A stretch of DNA of 62,586 bases, counting the filler, from Nemertoderma westbladi (Eukaryota; Animalia; Xenacoelomorpha): NCBI GenBank assembly GCA_032718475.1. It is 4 parts of 4 records of this genome, joined end to end, with 100 filler letters (N's around TTAATTAATTAA, not from the genome) between each part and the next. Parts side by side here need not be neighbours in the genome. Positions count along the whole stretch, not along the records: positions 1 to 20,004 come from JAUCBJ010004143.1; positions 20,105 to 35,714 come from JAUCBJ010006113.1; 2 more parts are not named here. One strand, 5' to 3'. Shown in pieces: positions 11,798-24,463 of the stretch; the first letter of the stretch is position 1; every line of letters begins with the position of its first letter. Position numbers and translations under genes: made by a program. Under the pieces are notes generated by a model. That model was not told where the DNA came from. It saw only the letters and a program-made list of their open reading frames with translations, and ran no database searches.

Positions 11798-13442
11798 ATT
11801 TCAGACATATCGCCATCTAGCGGCAGACTGGAGAACTGATGAGATGACAGATAACCTTATCACAAAGGGGTAAGCGTGGAAGATCAATTTCATGCATTTT
11901 TCCCTCTAGCAGCAGACTGGAGAACTGCAGACCAATCACCGACCCCACCAAGACACAGCAGCAGCACACTAGGCTACTGAACTGACACAGGACTGCAGGA
12001 TGTATTCTAAACAGAGCACATACTGATACATAGACAGACAGAAATACAACATATATATTTGACAAGTTTCAGCTTGAACGGATTATAAATAATGGAAAGG
12101 TTGTCTCACTTTAGGACATTTCGCCCTCTAGCGGCTGACTGGAGAACAGATGACCGATAACCTTCTTCACAAAGATTCAACATGTGGTATAGTAGGGCCT
12201 ATAGTACACACTTTGCTGAGATTCAACCATTCGGCTTAAGGTAAACCTGTAAACGAGTTAGAATCACGGAAATGGGAGAAGGTTTTCATCTTCAAACATT
12301 TCGCCCTCTAGCAGCAGTCTGGAGAACTGCAGATGAATCACCCTTCCTCAAAAAGACACAGTATGTAGTCATGGTCTGGTACTTATATTCCAAGACTCCG
12401 CTTAAACAGATTAAGATCAAGTAAAGATACAGGGGGGGGGGGGGGGGAGTGGAAGCTTATCACTTTCATACATTTTGCCCTCTAGCGGTAGAAAGGAGAA
12501 CTGCAGACCAATTACCGACCCCACCAAGATACAGCAGCCGCAGCAGCACACTAATGCAGGATATATTCTAGCTGAGCACATACTGGCAAACAGACAGACA
12601 TACAACATATTTTTGACAACTTTCAGCTTGAACGGATGAAAAATAATGGAATGAGCCAAGGATTTAACTTTCATACATTCGGCCCTCTAGCGGCAGACTA
12701 ATGAACTGCATACAGATTAGCCCCCTTTGAATGACACATGACAGCTAATGGTCGGACTAATACAAATATTACAAGTTTCAGCATGGTCTGTTGGTCGGAT
12801 CCAGACTGGAATCAATACACTTTGCGCCGGATTAACCCGGCGCACTTTACAATAAAAGCGCGCCAATGTGGCGCGTGGCGCGCTCGAAAATCGTAAAGTG
12901 CACCGGCTTTGGCACGTCTGCACGTGGCGCTCCCAAAAATAAAAACCGGCGCCAATTTGTTGGTTTAACAACTACGGAAGTGCCTTAAAAATTGCAATAG
13001 CTGTTCAAAAATTTCGGCTCGCTTCGCTCGCCTTTCTTTTTTCTGTTGTATGGTTACTGCTGAACAGGGACATGCAGACATGTACAGCTCTACAGCAATA
13101 CTGACATTGGCAGACTGGTTACACTCCTTCAAAATTGAAATTGCATTGGCGTGGCGCTCTTCAAAATTGTTTCAAATGTGCGGCGCACTTAAAAATTTCG
13201 TTGGCACAGGGTTTGCTTTGAAATTGCATTGGAGCGTGGCGCGCATAAAAATTGGTTGGCGCACTATCCGGCGCACTTTTTGGATGGATTCCATACAGGG
13301 GTCGGATTAAATGCAGAGATGGTATATGGTGGATGGGAGGACATTTATTAATGTTTGACATGTAGCCCTCTAGCGGGAGACTGTTGTACTGATGACAGAT
13401 GGTCTCGAACAGTCTCTAAAATCTCAACTTTTGGTCTTATTG
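11798..13442 (-). repeat. Repeat-element copy with 7 CTCF-type motifs (same family as 60850-61997)
   Basis: GCCCTCTAGC(G/A)GCAGACTGGAGAACTGCAG variants near 11811, 11901, 12122, 12302, 12477, 12682 and 13365. 13412-13442 is the reverse complement of the unit at ~61043-61075. Confidence 0.85.
12801..13299. mobile_element. Non-autonomous DNA transposon (hAT-like MITE) nested in the CTCF-motif repeat
   Basis: Exact 8-bp TSD GGTCGGAT (12793-12800, 13300-13307). Imperfect TIR CCAGACTGGAATC / GATTCCATACAGG. GGCGC-rich subterminal motifs. Confidence 0.75.
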
Positions 13443-13560
13443 ACAGATTGATGCATTGTACAATTTCTCAACAAAGTTTGTGTCAATTACAATGGACTAC
13501 TACTGTTCGAATTATGTTATGTCCCAAATTCCCCTAACTGTCCCAAATGCCAAATTACAC

Positions 13561-13776
13561 CAGGCTGGGGTAATTTGGGACACTGATGAATATTAATTAA
13601 AAAATGGTATATTATTATTTGAAAATAAAAATTAAGTAATTAGTTTGATAGAATGGTTACTGCTACTGGTTAGATGGTGCATACTTGATAAGGTCGGATT
13701 ATCAAAAAAATGTTTTTAAAATTCTGAAAATAGCTTTAAAGGTCGATTTTGTCCCAAATTAACCCAGTTTACCCTA
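13561..13776. mobile_element. Small MITE remnant
   Basis: Inverted ends CTGGGGTAATTTGGGACA ... TGTCCCAAATTAACCCAG. Confidence 0.55.
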
Positions 13777-14184
13777 ATGTATAAAATACATTATTTTCTA
13801 CATTATTTATTACATTATTTTTAATGGAATAAGCCACTTATAAACCATTTTGTTATTAAATCACCTAGGCCTACCGGTATGGCTTGGAACAATAATGTTA
13901 TTATTAGTTATTTATATCTAGCTAGCCCAGCACCCATGTCATAAATATTCATTCCAGAACATCTATTTCTTTAACATGCAGACATGGGGTGAAACAGTCA
14001 GCTCGTAGAGGCAGAAACAAGCTGGGCACAGGGGCATATTACAGTAGGCCTATTACTGTATTAAAGTCAGTGCTGTAGTCAGTTATGAGCTAGACACGCC
14101 TCAACATGCTGGCAGTGATGAGCATGGAGCAAGACATGCTGAGCGAAATGGAGTTCGACGAAATTGTGGCGGACTTTTGCTAGT

Positions 14185-15434
14185 CGGTCCAACGAATCTG
14201 TACAAAAAAGTACAAAATAGACAGTACAATACAGTACAAAAGAGTACCGGTACAATAAAGTGCAAAAATAGTACAAAAGACAGAAAGTGGAAAGAGTGCA
14301 AAATAGTACAAAAGAGTATAAACGAGTGAGAAACGCATACAAAACGTGTATACCAGTGTAGTTTACACTACACTACACTTGTATATATAAATATAATTAA
14401 TTGTAAGCAAATGCAACGGGACCGAAATACAGAAATATGCGCCGCTACAGTGTCAATCACTAGTGGCCTTGGTTCTGTGGTCAGTATGAAATGATTGACA
14501 TAACTTTGATTCATGTAGATTTTGACTGGCTTACAACTGTAGGCTACAAGTAGAAATAGGCTACAGTTCGTATAATACAATATAATGCAATACTATGCAG
14601 TGGGTAGATAAAAGTCCTATAACTGAGACTCAAAATTTAGGTCATAGTCTTAAAGTAGCCCTAGCCCATACTGTATGCTACTGTACATTATGTAGGCTAT
14701 GTATGTCTGTATGTACGCCTCTATCCTGCTCTGCAACTTTATTGAGTTCTCCCTCTGCAATTTTTCGGGCTTGGGACCGTTTTTTGTGTTTTTTGAACAC
14801 AAAAGGTTGCATTAACTCATAAGATTGTATTGTAATAAGGGCCTACTCTCTGACTGATAGACAGCTAGATCAGCCCCCGCTCAATGCAGTCAGAAACACT
14901 GGTCACTTTCTGGCTGAAGCTCAGCCAAAAATTATCCACATATTTACAGCCACGAAAGTGTCCGTGCAGCCACTATTTGTCCTTCACAGGCTGCTGATTA
15001 TATTTTCGGACATATTTTGGCTGTAACTTCACTAGTCCTCAACGCAGAACCGCTGGGCACATAAGGTGACAATTTTTACTTTTAATATTAACAGATTAAT
15101 GATAGTTATCCCAAAATCCCAACGATGAGATTCTAATTCTCAAATTAATTTATACAGAATTTTATGGCGGTTCTAATGCCGCATAATTTGTAGAATGCCA
15201 ATGTTAAAATTTCACTGCCGGTTTTCAAATGAAATTTAGCATTGTTTTCTATGGAAAAATTTCACTCTGAGAGCATTTTCCGCGGACACATTCTGGCTGT
15301 AAATTGGACAAATTGTGACCAGTGTTCCTGACTGCAATGCATGGCTCGCCCCACAATCAGACAATGCTTTGTTTTATTTTGCACATCATGTGTGCCCCTC
15401 TACAGCTCTAAACGATTTGAACTACACTTGGATA
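14185..15434. mobile_element. Truncated copy of the MITE at 15917-16881, with nested insertion
   Basis: Collinear similarity to 15917-16720, including the start CGGTCCAACGAATCTGTAC and the AGTACAAAA subterminal repeats. The right TIR is missing. Confidence 0.8.
14887..15334. mobile_element. MITE, 20-bp TIR, 5-bp TSD CAATG
   Basis: TIR CAGTCAG(A/G)AACACTGGTCAC matches 19/20. CAATG at 14882-14886 and 15335-15339. The empty site CTCAATGCAT is visible in the sister copy at ~16628. Confidence 0.85.
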
Positions 15435-15916
15435 CTAGGGTTCGACCGGAGCTATTTTTTGCTGGAGCCGGGTACCGGACCGGAGCAACTTAAAAGTACA
15501 GAAGTACCGGAGCCGGGGCCGGACCGGAGCAACATTGTTTGTTATTTAGCCTTGCAGCCTTGAGTTTGCTGTAGGCCCTAATTAATTTTGCAGATAGCTC
15601 AGGGGGGGGGGGGGGCTCTTTACTGCTTTACATAATCAATTAAGGGATATCTATCTGTCTATCTAGTACCGGTACGGTAGTAATAGCATATATTTACAGA
15701 CTGACAGACCTATACCTGTATAGGCCTACTGAGTACTGATATAACAGTATAATATAATCTATATTATATATACGGTCATTCGGGTACTGACTGCCTGACA
15801 GCTGGACAGCCTGGCCGATGTACTAGCTAACTGGCAGACTGGATTGGAATGGAACTAATTCTGTTACTGCAGTACTGGCTGACTGGTAGCAATTAAAGTA
15901 CATGTCTGCATGTGGC

Positions 15917-16881
15917 CGGTCCGACGAATCTGTACAAAAAAGTACAAAAAAATACAAAATAGTACAAAATAGTACAAAAGAGTACAATAAAGTGCAAAAA
16001 TAGTACAAAAGAGTGCAAAAATAGTACAAAAGAGTACAAATGAGTGAGAAACTCATACAAAACGTCAAACTGTCAAACGTGTATACCAGTGTAGTATACA
16101 CTACATACACTACACTTGTATACAAATATAATTAATTGTAAGCAAATGCAACAGCACCGAAATCTGCGCCGCTACAGTGTCAATCACTAGCGGCCTTGGT
16201 TCTGTGGTCAGTATGAAATGATTGACTTTGATTCATGTAGATTTTGACTGGAAAACAAGTAGAAATAGGCTACACTTCGTATAATACAATATAATGCAAT
16301 AGGCTCTACATAGGCCTACTATGCAGTGGGTAGATAAAACTCCTATAACTGAGACTCAAAATTTAGGTCATAGTCTTAAAGTAGCTCATACCGGTATACT
16401 GAAGGATAGACTGATAGACCAGTCTGCCAGTAGACTATGCTACGTTGTAGCGTACACAGATGTATGCGTCTGTATGTACGCCTCTATCTGCAACTTTATT
16501 GAGTTCTCCCTATGCAATTTTGCGGGCTTGGGACCGTTCTTTGAACACAAAAAGCTGCATTAAAACTCATAAGATTGTATTGTAATACTCTCCTCTCCGA
16601 CTGCTAGACAGCTAGATCAGCCCCCGCTCAATGCATAGCTCGCCCCACAATCAGACAATGCTTTGTTTTACTTTGCACATCATTTGTACCCTCTAAACGA
16701 TTTGAACTACACTTGGATACACGTTTTACAAGCGTTTCCCACTCGTTTGTACTCTTTTGTACTATTTTTGCACCCTTTTGTACTATTTTTGCACTTTTAT
16801 TGTACTCTTTTGTATTCTTTTGTACTATATTGTACTATTTTGTATTTTTTTTGTACTTCTTTGTACAAATTCGTCGGACCC
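15917..16881. mobile_element. ~965-bp MITE with long TIRs built of AGTACAAAA repeats
   Basis: Ends GGTCCGACGAATCTGTACAAA / TTTGTACAAATTCGTCGGACC. TSD CATGTGGC / CGTGTGGC matches 7/8. Confidence 0.8.
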
Positions 16882-17689
16882 CGTGTGGCTAAGTCACACG
16901 AATAGTTCCCAAAAGGCACTTTGGCATTTTGGAATTTTTTCCAGGTACCTAAATAATTGCAACCAGTGTAAATGCCAAAATGCCAGAGTGCTTTTGGGGA
17001 ACTGTAGTATAAATCCTTAAGAGTTCCCTAAAGGCACTTTGGCATTCTTGCATTTAATTGTAAATCATTATTAGTGATGATGTTACTAGGCCTACATTAT
17101 ACAGTATGCCTAAGTGTCTGATTGTGCATAGCATATTAACATAGTTTCAGTTCCCCCATCTCGGTGGGTGTACATTAAATTTAATTAAAGCTAGCATACT
17201 AGTATTAGCTTGATTGAACATGCTTAAATATTAAATGAATTACCCCGCATTTGTAGGTCATACCTTAATGTAAATCTTTTATAAAAAAGTTTTTATAAAA
17301 CGTTCCAGATTATAATATGAAAGTGTCAATACGGTATTACATTTGTATTATTTTATATACAATACTGTAATACTGTATTGTCGCTCCATTCATTTAAATT
17401 ATGTTTATTCCTTTATTATTACGTCACGTGAACGTGAAGTAAACAAAATTGCACCCTAACAATTAGTATTAATAACTAACTATTAGTAATTTCAATGAAA
17501 TGAAATGTAATATAGGTAGATTTTGAGAGTCAGGATCAGGGAAGGGAAACGGAAAGGCAGGTTAGCTAATTAGCAGTGCTGGTAGACGCTAGTGCTATCC
17601 AACGTATTCTGCATGATATGGGGGAGGCACTAATCAGACACAACAGACTCAGTCAATGAGACAGAGGGGAGGGGGGGGGGGGGGGATCT

Positions 17690-17899
17690 GAATGCAAAAT
17701 CCCATCTTGGCGAATTAATATCCCGCCTCAATGTTAAATTCTCAATTTAGGGAAAGGAGCAGGTTACAGTGGCACGTTATTCTAGCCAAAACAACAATCT
17801 AAACACAATAGAACAGGTTACAGTTTTATTTTTGAGAGTAATCAGCTGTTACTTGCGTCGAATTTCCCCTGGAGAGGGATTAATTTGTATTGCGTCGAA

Positions 17900-17900
<1 letters not shown>
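17690..17900 (+). repeat. Dispersed repeat fragment, also at ~25915-26135 and ~26245-26338
   Basis: Shared AAATCCCATCTTGGCGAATTAAT...GGAAAGGAGCAGGTTACAGTGGCACGTTATT. Confidence 0.75.
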
Positions 17901-17934
<34 letters not shown>

Positions 17935-18269
17935 TATCTGCAGTCAATACTGCGAATGAATATTAATACTATGTTTAGTTTAACTATAACTAAGTAATAC
18001 TTTATCAATTAAATATTATTGTAGGTCCTACACACTTTACACTTTACGTTATCTCAGTGAATAATGAATTTCAACTAAATGCCAGAATGCCAATGTAATG
18101 TGCCTTTGGGGAAATGTGAGAATCATTCTACAGTCAGACAGTTCCCCAAAAGCACTGTGGCATTTTATGTAGATAGGTAGAGTGACAAGCCGACTTAGTA
18201 TGCTTTAATATAATTTAATCGTACACCCACCGACCCTATTGAAAAGTTTTATTTTCTCCGCCGAACGCG

Positions 18270-18455
18270 GCGCCGGGTGCCAAAAATCCTGCGCCGGCTC
18301 TGAGCAAAACCACGCTGGGTGCAAAAAATCCTGCGCCAGCTTTGAGCAAAACCCACGCCCATGCCGGGTGCAAAAATCCTGCGCTGGCTCTGTGCAATGC
18401 AAAATGCTGCGCCGGGTGAAAAATCTTCCACCGGCTCTTCAAAGTTGCACCGGGC
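18270..18455. repeat. ~40-bp GC-rich tandem subterminal repeats, probable DNA-transposon end
   Basis: GGGTGCAAAAATCCTGCGCC is repeated 3-4 times. Confidence 0.6.
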
Positions 18456-19327
18456 TGACTGGTATAAAACATAAAATCTATGGCTGTTATACTGTTCAGT
18501 ACCTGTAGTTTGTTCTGTTATCTATACTGTAATACTGCTGCATATACTGTATACTGTATTTAATTTATAGAATATGTATGACGTATATAATGAAACATAT
18601 CCCCCATTACCCCCCCCCCCCCTCCCCCCTCCCCCCCACCCCCTGTCTTGAGTTGATGGTACGGGTACCTACAAGAGACATGTATTCATTTAATACATAT
18701 TATATTCATAAATACTGCATGATATCGTATTCGAATTCGACAAACTTATGTTCCGTAGAAAGTAATAATAAGATACCAAAATAAATGTATGGGGAAGGAT
18801 TTGGATATTTGAATATATTAAACTTTATATGATTTAATAATTATTATTTCTTGCATAAACTAAATCATCAGGTACAGCAGTACAGCGTGCCTTAATAAGT
18901 ATTCATGGTATTGGCATTTGTTTGTAAAGTAGCACTTTTGGAAATTGTGCTAATCCGAGTTGTTACTTAAACGAACGAAAGTTCGTGGTAAGTGGGTGGG
19001 TGAAATGAAAATAAGGATACAGAGACGGAAAACCTTAAAGACAAATGCAACAAGTACAGTAGTTTCGTTGTTTTATTCAAAAAGTGTAACATTACGAAAC
19101 AACTACTTAATAAACACTGCATGTAAATTTTTGTTATCAAGTAAGATATACATTTTTCGAAATTAGTCAAATGTTACAATAATGATTATAAATTATAGAA
19201 AGAATATTAAAGACTACTTCAGTAGGCCTAGTCCTTGTATTTATGTACTTAGACGCAATAGAGTTAAAATTACTAAGACGAGTTGGTAGAATGTTGAAAC
19301 CATAATAAAATGAGTTTACAGTGCAAG

Positions 19328-19367
19328 TACGGACGTTTCGTTATTTACTAATAACATCATCAGCGTA
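19328..19367 (-). ncRNA. Minimal type I hammerhead ribozyme of the PLE
   Basis: Minus strand reads UACG CUGAUGA U GUUAUU AGUA AAUAAC GAAA CG UC^ CGUA. Both conserved boxes are present, with a 4-bp stem I, 6-bp stem II, palindromic mini stem III and GUC cleavage triplet. Confidence 0.85.
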
Positions 19368-19475
19368 AATAAGCGGCACAAACAGACAATAAAACAGTTA
19401 TACAATTAAACCTAGTGTAGGACTACAACAAAAGTTCAAATTACCCGCCAATTCCTAACAAGAAGTACTGTAAGC

Positions 19476-20004
19476 TCAAAACAAAAATAAGGGAAAAGAT
19501 GATTCTTGGATGTTGAGAGAAGGTCTGTATTTTCGAATTAGTATGCTTTCCTTAATTAAGATGTCATAACTGTTCGAAGCACGGGAGAAAATTGAAAAGT
19601 CATCATAATGTACACTATGATTTGTTTCAAGTGAGTGATCACGTATAGCTGAGTGCTTGGGTGCGACAGGTTTTCCCGTGCGGGGTGATAACCCTAGATG
19701 CTCCGACACTCTGACCTTATAGTGGCGTATTGATTTGCCAAAATAAGTGGCCGCACAGCCACTGCACTTAAATTTATAAATGGTCAGGGGACGGAGCTCT
19801 GAGGGTAATTTATCCTTAAACGGGAAAAAGCTACTTAAGCGACAGGAGGGAAGGGAGATAATTCTCAGTTCAACTGATGGGAAAGCCTTAGATATAATAC
19901 GGAGTCGTTTATAAAGTAAATGTGACTGGGCACCCAAATATGGCAAGCACAACAGTACGCGTTTCTTGGGTACTGTAGTAACTAGAGGTTTAACAGGCCC
20001 AACT
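19476..20004 (-). CDS. PLE C-terminal region with GIY-YIG endonuclease (partial)
   Basis: LPYLG...FFPFKDKLP..TIYKFKCSGCAATYFGKSIRHYKVRVSEH...SAIRDH...IKESILIRKYRPSLN. Stop at 19476-19478. Confidence 0.88.
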
Positions 20005-20104
20005 NNNNNNNNNNNNNNNNNNNNNNNNNNNNNNNNNNNNNNNNNNNNTTAATTAATTAANNNNNNNNNNNNNNNNNNNNNNNNNNNNNNNNNNNNNNNN
20101 NNNN
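20005..20104. other. Assembly gap with artificial linker
   Basis: N44-TTAATTAATTAA-N44, identical at all three gaps. Confidence 0.98.
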
Positions 20105-20799
20105 CAATTAATTAAATTACTTCCGTCTGTGGACTGGCCTTATACCCCATATGTCACATATACACAGTGGTGACATATGTTACATATGCACAATGGTAAC
20201 CATAGTAACCATAGTAAGTGGGTGGGGCAACAATGGTAATCATAGTAAGTAGGTGGGGCAAGAGCCGTTCGGCAAACTCTTTAACATGGTAGACTATGGC
20301 AGACGCTGTTTTATTCCAGGTGTTTACCATACTACTGATATCCGCTAATAGCCGCTATTGCGCTAATCATTTATAACTAGTATAATTGTTTCGACCAATG
20401 TTATTCATAATCAGGATTTTACCATCATTATATGTTATTTAACCTTGTGACAAACATTCCATTACAGAGGTATTTGAGATAGATTATATCTCTATAGGAA
20501 TATACAGTGAACTGCTAACACCAATATTTGTAGATATAAAGTTCAGTTTCTAATAACATCATATATGTGGCATGTGAATCCACAGCGTCAGTAAACTTTA
20601 CGCGTCTAAAATCACAGTGTCGCAGAGTCGCTACAATTTATTCAGCTCCAAAGATCCTGACGTAAGAAAAAACTTATCTACAGTACAAATAAATGTAAGT
20701 TTATTACATAGTTCGGTTGCATTATTTTATTAGCACATAATTAGTCTAACCACCAGCAGGCTGCATACACAGTCATATCATATGTATGTACATACATAC

Positions 20800-20876
20800 T
20801 GATACCGTACTGGTATACAGGTATATCATTTAATGATCTCCAATCAGTCAGTACCGGTATATGATACCCGATAACA
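20800..20876 (-). repeat. 3' LTR (77 bp), PPT GGGGAGGG adjacent at 20877-20885
   Basis: Exact match to 24464-24540. Confidence 0.95.
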
Positions 20877-20978
20877 CCCTCCCCACAGTTTTAAAATTGC
20901 ACTAATACAAACAAAGTACCGGTATTGAAAATTAACATAAAACTCGTAAATGTAAATGAACATCGAACATTATTGTTT

Positions 20979-23060
20979 TTAGTTCTTGGGAAAACCATAG
21001 TAATCGGGGCTGTGTCGTTGACGAGTGCTGCGACGTGATTCACATGTATTGTTGTCTTGGGGCTTTGGAGTTGTTGGAACTGGTTCATCGTTGGGAACTA
21101 TTTCTGCCACAGGAGAGGAACTAGGTTTATCTATCACCTGGCGTACTGAAGTTGGGCGTATAGTGAGCGGAAAACTGCGGCTCTCATGTGGGGCCACAGA
21201 TTGGGGTGGAAGACGAGCAGTCCGGTTGACGGCAATGGTGTCCCCAGTTTCAATACGCACTACCTGAGGTGTTAGAACTTCAGTGATAGTAGTTTCCTTG
21301 TGAAGTGGCAGGTGACCTTTGAGAGTCGGTCCACTGTTACGAATCATAACTCGTTCCCCTACCTTTGGTTGCCATGATGATGCCCTCACCTTGGCTTGAG
21401 TCTCATGCATCTTCTTGATAGAGTTATGTCGAGCATCATGGAGTTGAGTCCTTGAACCTCGGTACAAAAGTTCCATAGGAGAAAATCTAGTAGCACTGTG
21501 AACTGTAGTACGATAGTCACGCAGTGCATCAGGTAGGCAATTATACCAGGATGAAGGGGGAAGGTTAAGATCTTGCTGAATATATTTTATCTTTCGTTGT
21601 ATGGTTCCATTAAATCTTTCACAAAGTCCATTACCACTTGGGTGATATGCTGTGGTTCGTTTCTTGATAATAGAGTGTGTCTCACAAAAATGTCTAAACT
21701 CCTGTGACTCAAATTGTGAGCCCCAGTCAGATAAAATTGACGAAATATTTCCATATCGAGAAAGATAATCCCTCAAACAACGAATTGCTTGAGAGGCTGT
21801 GATGGAAGTTAGTGGATAAACCTCAGGGAATCGAGTAAGTGTATCTATCATAACTAGCATGTACTCATAACCCTCCTGAGTGCGTGGTAGTGGACCCACA
21901 AAGTCAATAGCTACGAGCTCCTGAGGCTGTGAGCCAACTGGGGTATGGCCTGGTTTGGCAGTAGCCCATTGAGGTTTGAGACGTGCACAAGTGGGGCAAC
22001 CCTTTAAAAATTCTTGCACATCCTGGTGGTAACCTTTCCAGGTCACCTTCCGCTTAGCTAGTGTTTCCAACATGGCATCACGACCCTTATGAACACCATG
22101 CACATCCTTTAACAAGGCATATTTCCAATCTATAATTTGTTGCCGATTCTCCTGTGAATTAACATCTTGTACTGTGCAACAACGGGTTAATGCATCTGCA
22201 GCGACATTGTCACAACCCTTCCGTAGTTTGACATCATATGAATAATCATTAAGAAGCAATTTCCAGCGGATTAGCTTGGCTGAAGGTTTAGGGTTATCTA
22301 AAACGGCAGCAAGGGCAGCTGAATCAACATATAGATTAAAATGCGAGCTGTAGAGAAAATCTTTTAGCTTTTCAACGCAGAATACTACTGCCAGGGCCTC
22401 TCGCTCAGCGATGGGTAGTCGTTTCTCACACGGTATGAGCAAACGGCTTATAAAAGAGACAGGGCTTCCATCCTGTGATAATACCCCAGCGATGGCTACA
22501 TCAGAGGCATCAGTTTCTAAATCTAAAATCACAGTAGGGTCAGGTAATAGCAAAATAGACCGAGATAGAATGTCCTTTAATATATTGACAATGATAATGT
22601 GATCAGGTGACCAAAGAGAACAGAACAATGAGCCAGAACTATTTATCAGATCATAAAGTGGTTGCGATAGTGTAGCAAAGTCTGGAATATATATGCTCTG
22701 TACCAATTCATAAAGCCAAGAAACCGTGAAAGTTCATCTCTTGAAGTTGGTATTTTATAATCTACTACAGGCTGAATTCGATCAGGATCTGGACCAATAT
22801 GTCCATCTTTAAACACATGGCCAAGAGCATAGCCAGTATCAGTAAAGAACGTGCATTTGCTGCCACGGAGGGAGAGATTGTGCTCACGGATTCGATCAAG
22901 TAACAGCCGGACTCTTACATCCAACTCATCCAAAGTTTTCACACCAACTAAGCCATCATCATTATACGCACTAATGTGGGAACAATTGTTAAAAATAGCC
23001 TTACTAACACGTGGGCACAGGCACAAGCATTTTTTAAGCCAAACATAACCCTGTAAATTT
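20979..23060 (-). pseudogene. pol: Gypsy pol: N-terminally deleted RT, RNase H, integrase
   Basis: MFGLKNA, SAYNDDG, SKCTFF..LGH, RFLG; ETDASD..IAEREALA; HHCC, IDFVGPLP, LSDWGSQF, NGLCERFN. Frameshifts near 23015 and 22690. Confidence 0.9.
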
Positions 23061-24344
23061 CGCCCACGTAAATTTCCCAGCAACTGAGAGTTGGTTTCCA
23101 TCAGCCGCCATAACCCTATGTGGAGAACCAGAAGTGCTAAGGTGTATCCGAGTAGCAAACAATCTATTAAAATATTCTAAACTCATCAAAGTAAGATCAG
23201 CTGCTGAGTCAACAATCCCGGTAACTGATTCTAGGGGAAGCTTCAGAGTAAGATGTTTAAAGGAATTGTGTTTGGCAGAGGAATGGGAATCAATATTAGA
23301 ATTTTCCCCATCCTGGGTCACAAGGCCATAACTAGACCCAACCCAATAAGTACCAAAATAATCACAATCAGAACTGCAATCATCTGAATGTCCATCATAC
23401 CCAGTCACTAGATTTGCAGCTGTAGGCCTACCAGAGCGCCTGTCACTAGTTGCTGTCTTAGAAAAACTTCCTTTTTCAGAGCGAGGACAGCAAACTGCGA
23501 AGTGATTTTCCTCATGACAAAATTGACACCGTTTTCCATATGCAAGGCAGTGCTTTCTGCCATAAGCATGTAAGGTCCCACAAAATTTACAGTTGATCTG
23601 ATTAAACATAGGTCTCTGGGGTATTGCAGATTGTCGTTCATATACAACAGTGCCGGGCTGAATAGGTTTAGTGCCAGAGGACCGCCGATTATACTGAGTA
23701 TTTGAACCACCAGCTCGGGCAATTAGAATATTATCAGTCAATGTGATGCTGCTACCGGTAGGTTTTACCCCATTACCAATAACTTGCTGTGTAGAAGTAG
23801 CAGACTCATATACACGGGCAATGTCCAGAGCCTTATCCAGAGTTATCAGTGTCTCCTGGAGCTTGGCTTTCTGGGTAGTTTCACTATGGACCCCACACAC
23901 AACTCGGAAACAATAAATAGCAGTAAGCAATTCATCCTTTGACAAAGCAGAAAATTTGTAACTCTGGCCAAGATTAGTTAAGGCAGAATAAAAATCGTTA
24001 ATACTCTCACCACTTTTTTGGCTGAGTGAAAAAAATCGATGAAAGGCTAGCGATTAGTTTGAGGGTGGTATACAGAAGGTCTGAAACCTATCTAAGATGG
24101 CAGTATAGGTTGTGGCATCTGTATTAGGTAGATTGAAACTGTTATATACTTCAAGTGCAGCATCCCCTAACAAATTAAGCAGTGTTGCCTTTTTAATATC
24201 AGCGGAGACGTCAGTACCAGTTAAGCCAGCAGCAATAAAATATATTTCTACCTTTTGTTTCCACAGTTTAAACTCACGTTCTTTATCGATAGCATTGACA
24301 TTGAGAGGTGTAGGAACATTCAAAGTTCGTTTCCCAGTCGCCAT
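23034..24344 (-). pseudogene. gag: Gypsy gag + partial protease
   Basis: ORFs 24344-24054 and 23945-23034 share a frame and are separated by one TAA. FKLWKQK..ATLLNLLG, zinc knuckles, protease IVDSAAD. Confidence 0.88.
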
Positions 24345-24448
24345 TACAACAAAATAATTATTAGATAATTAATAAAACTGAGTTCAGATAAGCATTGTAG
24401 ACCGTAGTCGCATAGCCGTAGGCGGTAGGCAGTTAGCAAACAGTGTTT

Positions 24449-24461
24449 ACTTCTGACACCA
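24449..24461 (-). promoter_or_regulatory. Primer-binding site, tRNA-Leu type
   Basis: TGGTGTCAGAAGT, 2 nt from the 5' LTR, is complementary to the 3' end of tRNA-Leu (..ACUUCUGACACCA). Confidence 0.85.
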
Positions 24462-24463
24462 GA

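Larger units (their letters stand above)
19300..20004 (-). mobile_element. Penelope-like retroelement, 3' fragment running into gap
   Basis: GIY-YIG endonuclease C-terminus with the PLE Cys linker, followed by a minimal hammerhead. Confidence 0.9.

Noticed and set aside
20049-20060. TTAATTAATTAA motif recurring at 20049, 35759 and 54250
   Set aside because: It is centred in identical 100-nt N blocks, so it is an artificial all-frame-stop scaffold linker.
20415-20700. Exon-like segment ending in GTAAGT
   Set aside because: No single open frame spans it and no motif was recognised.
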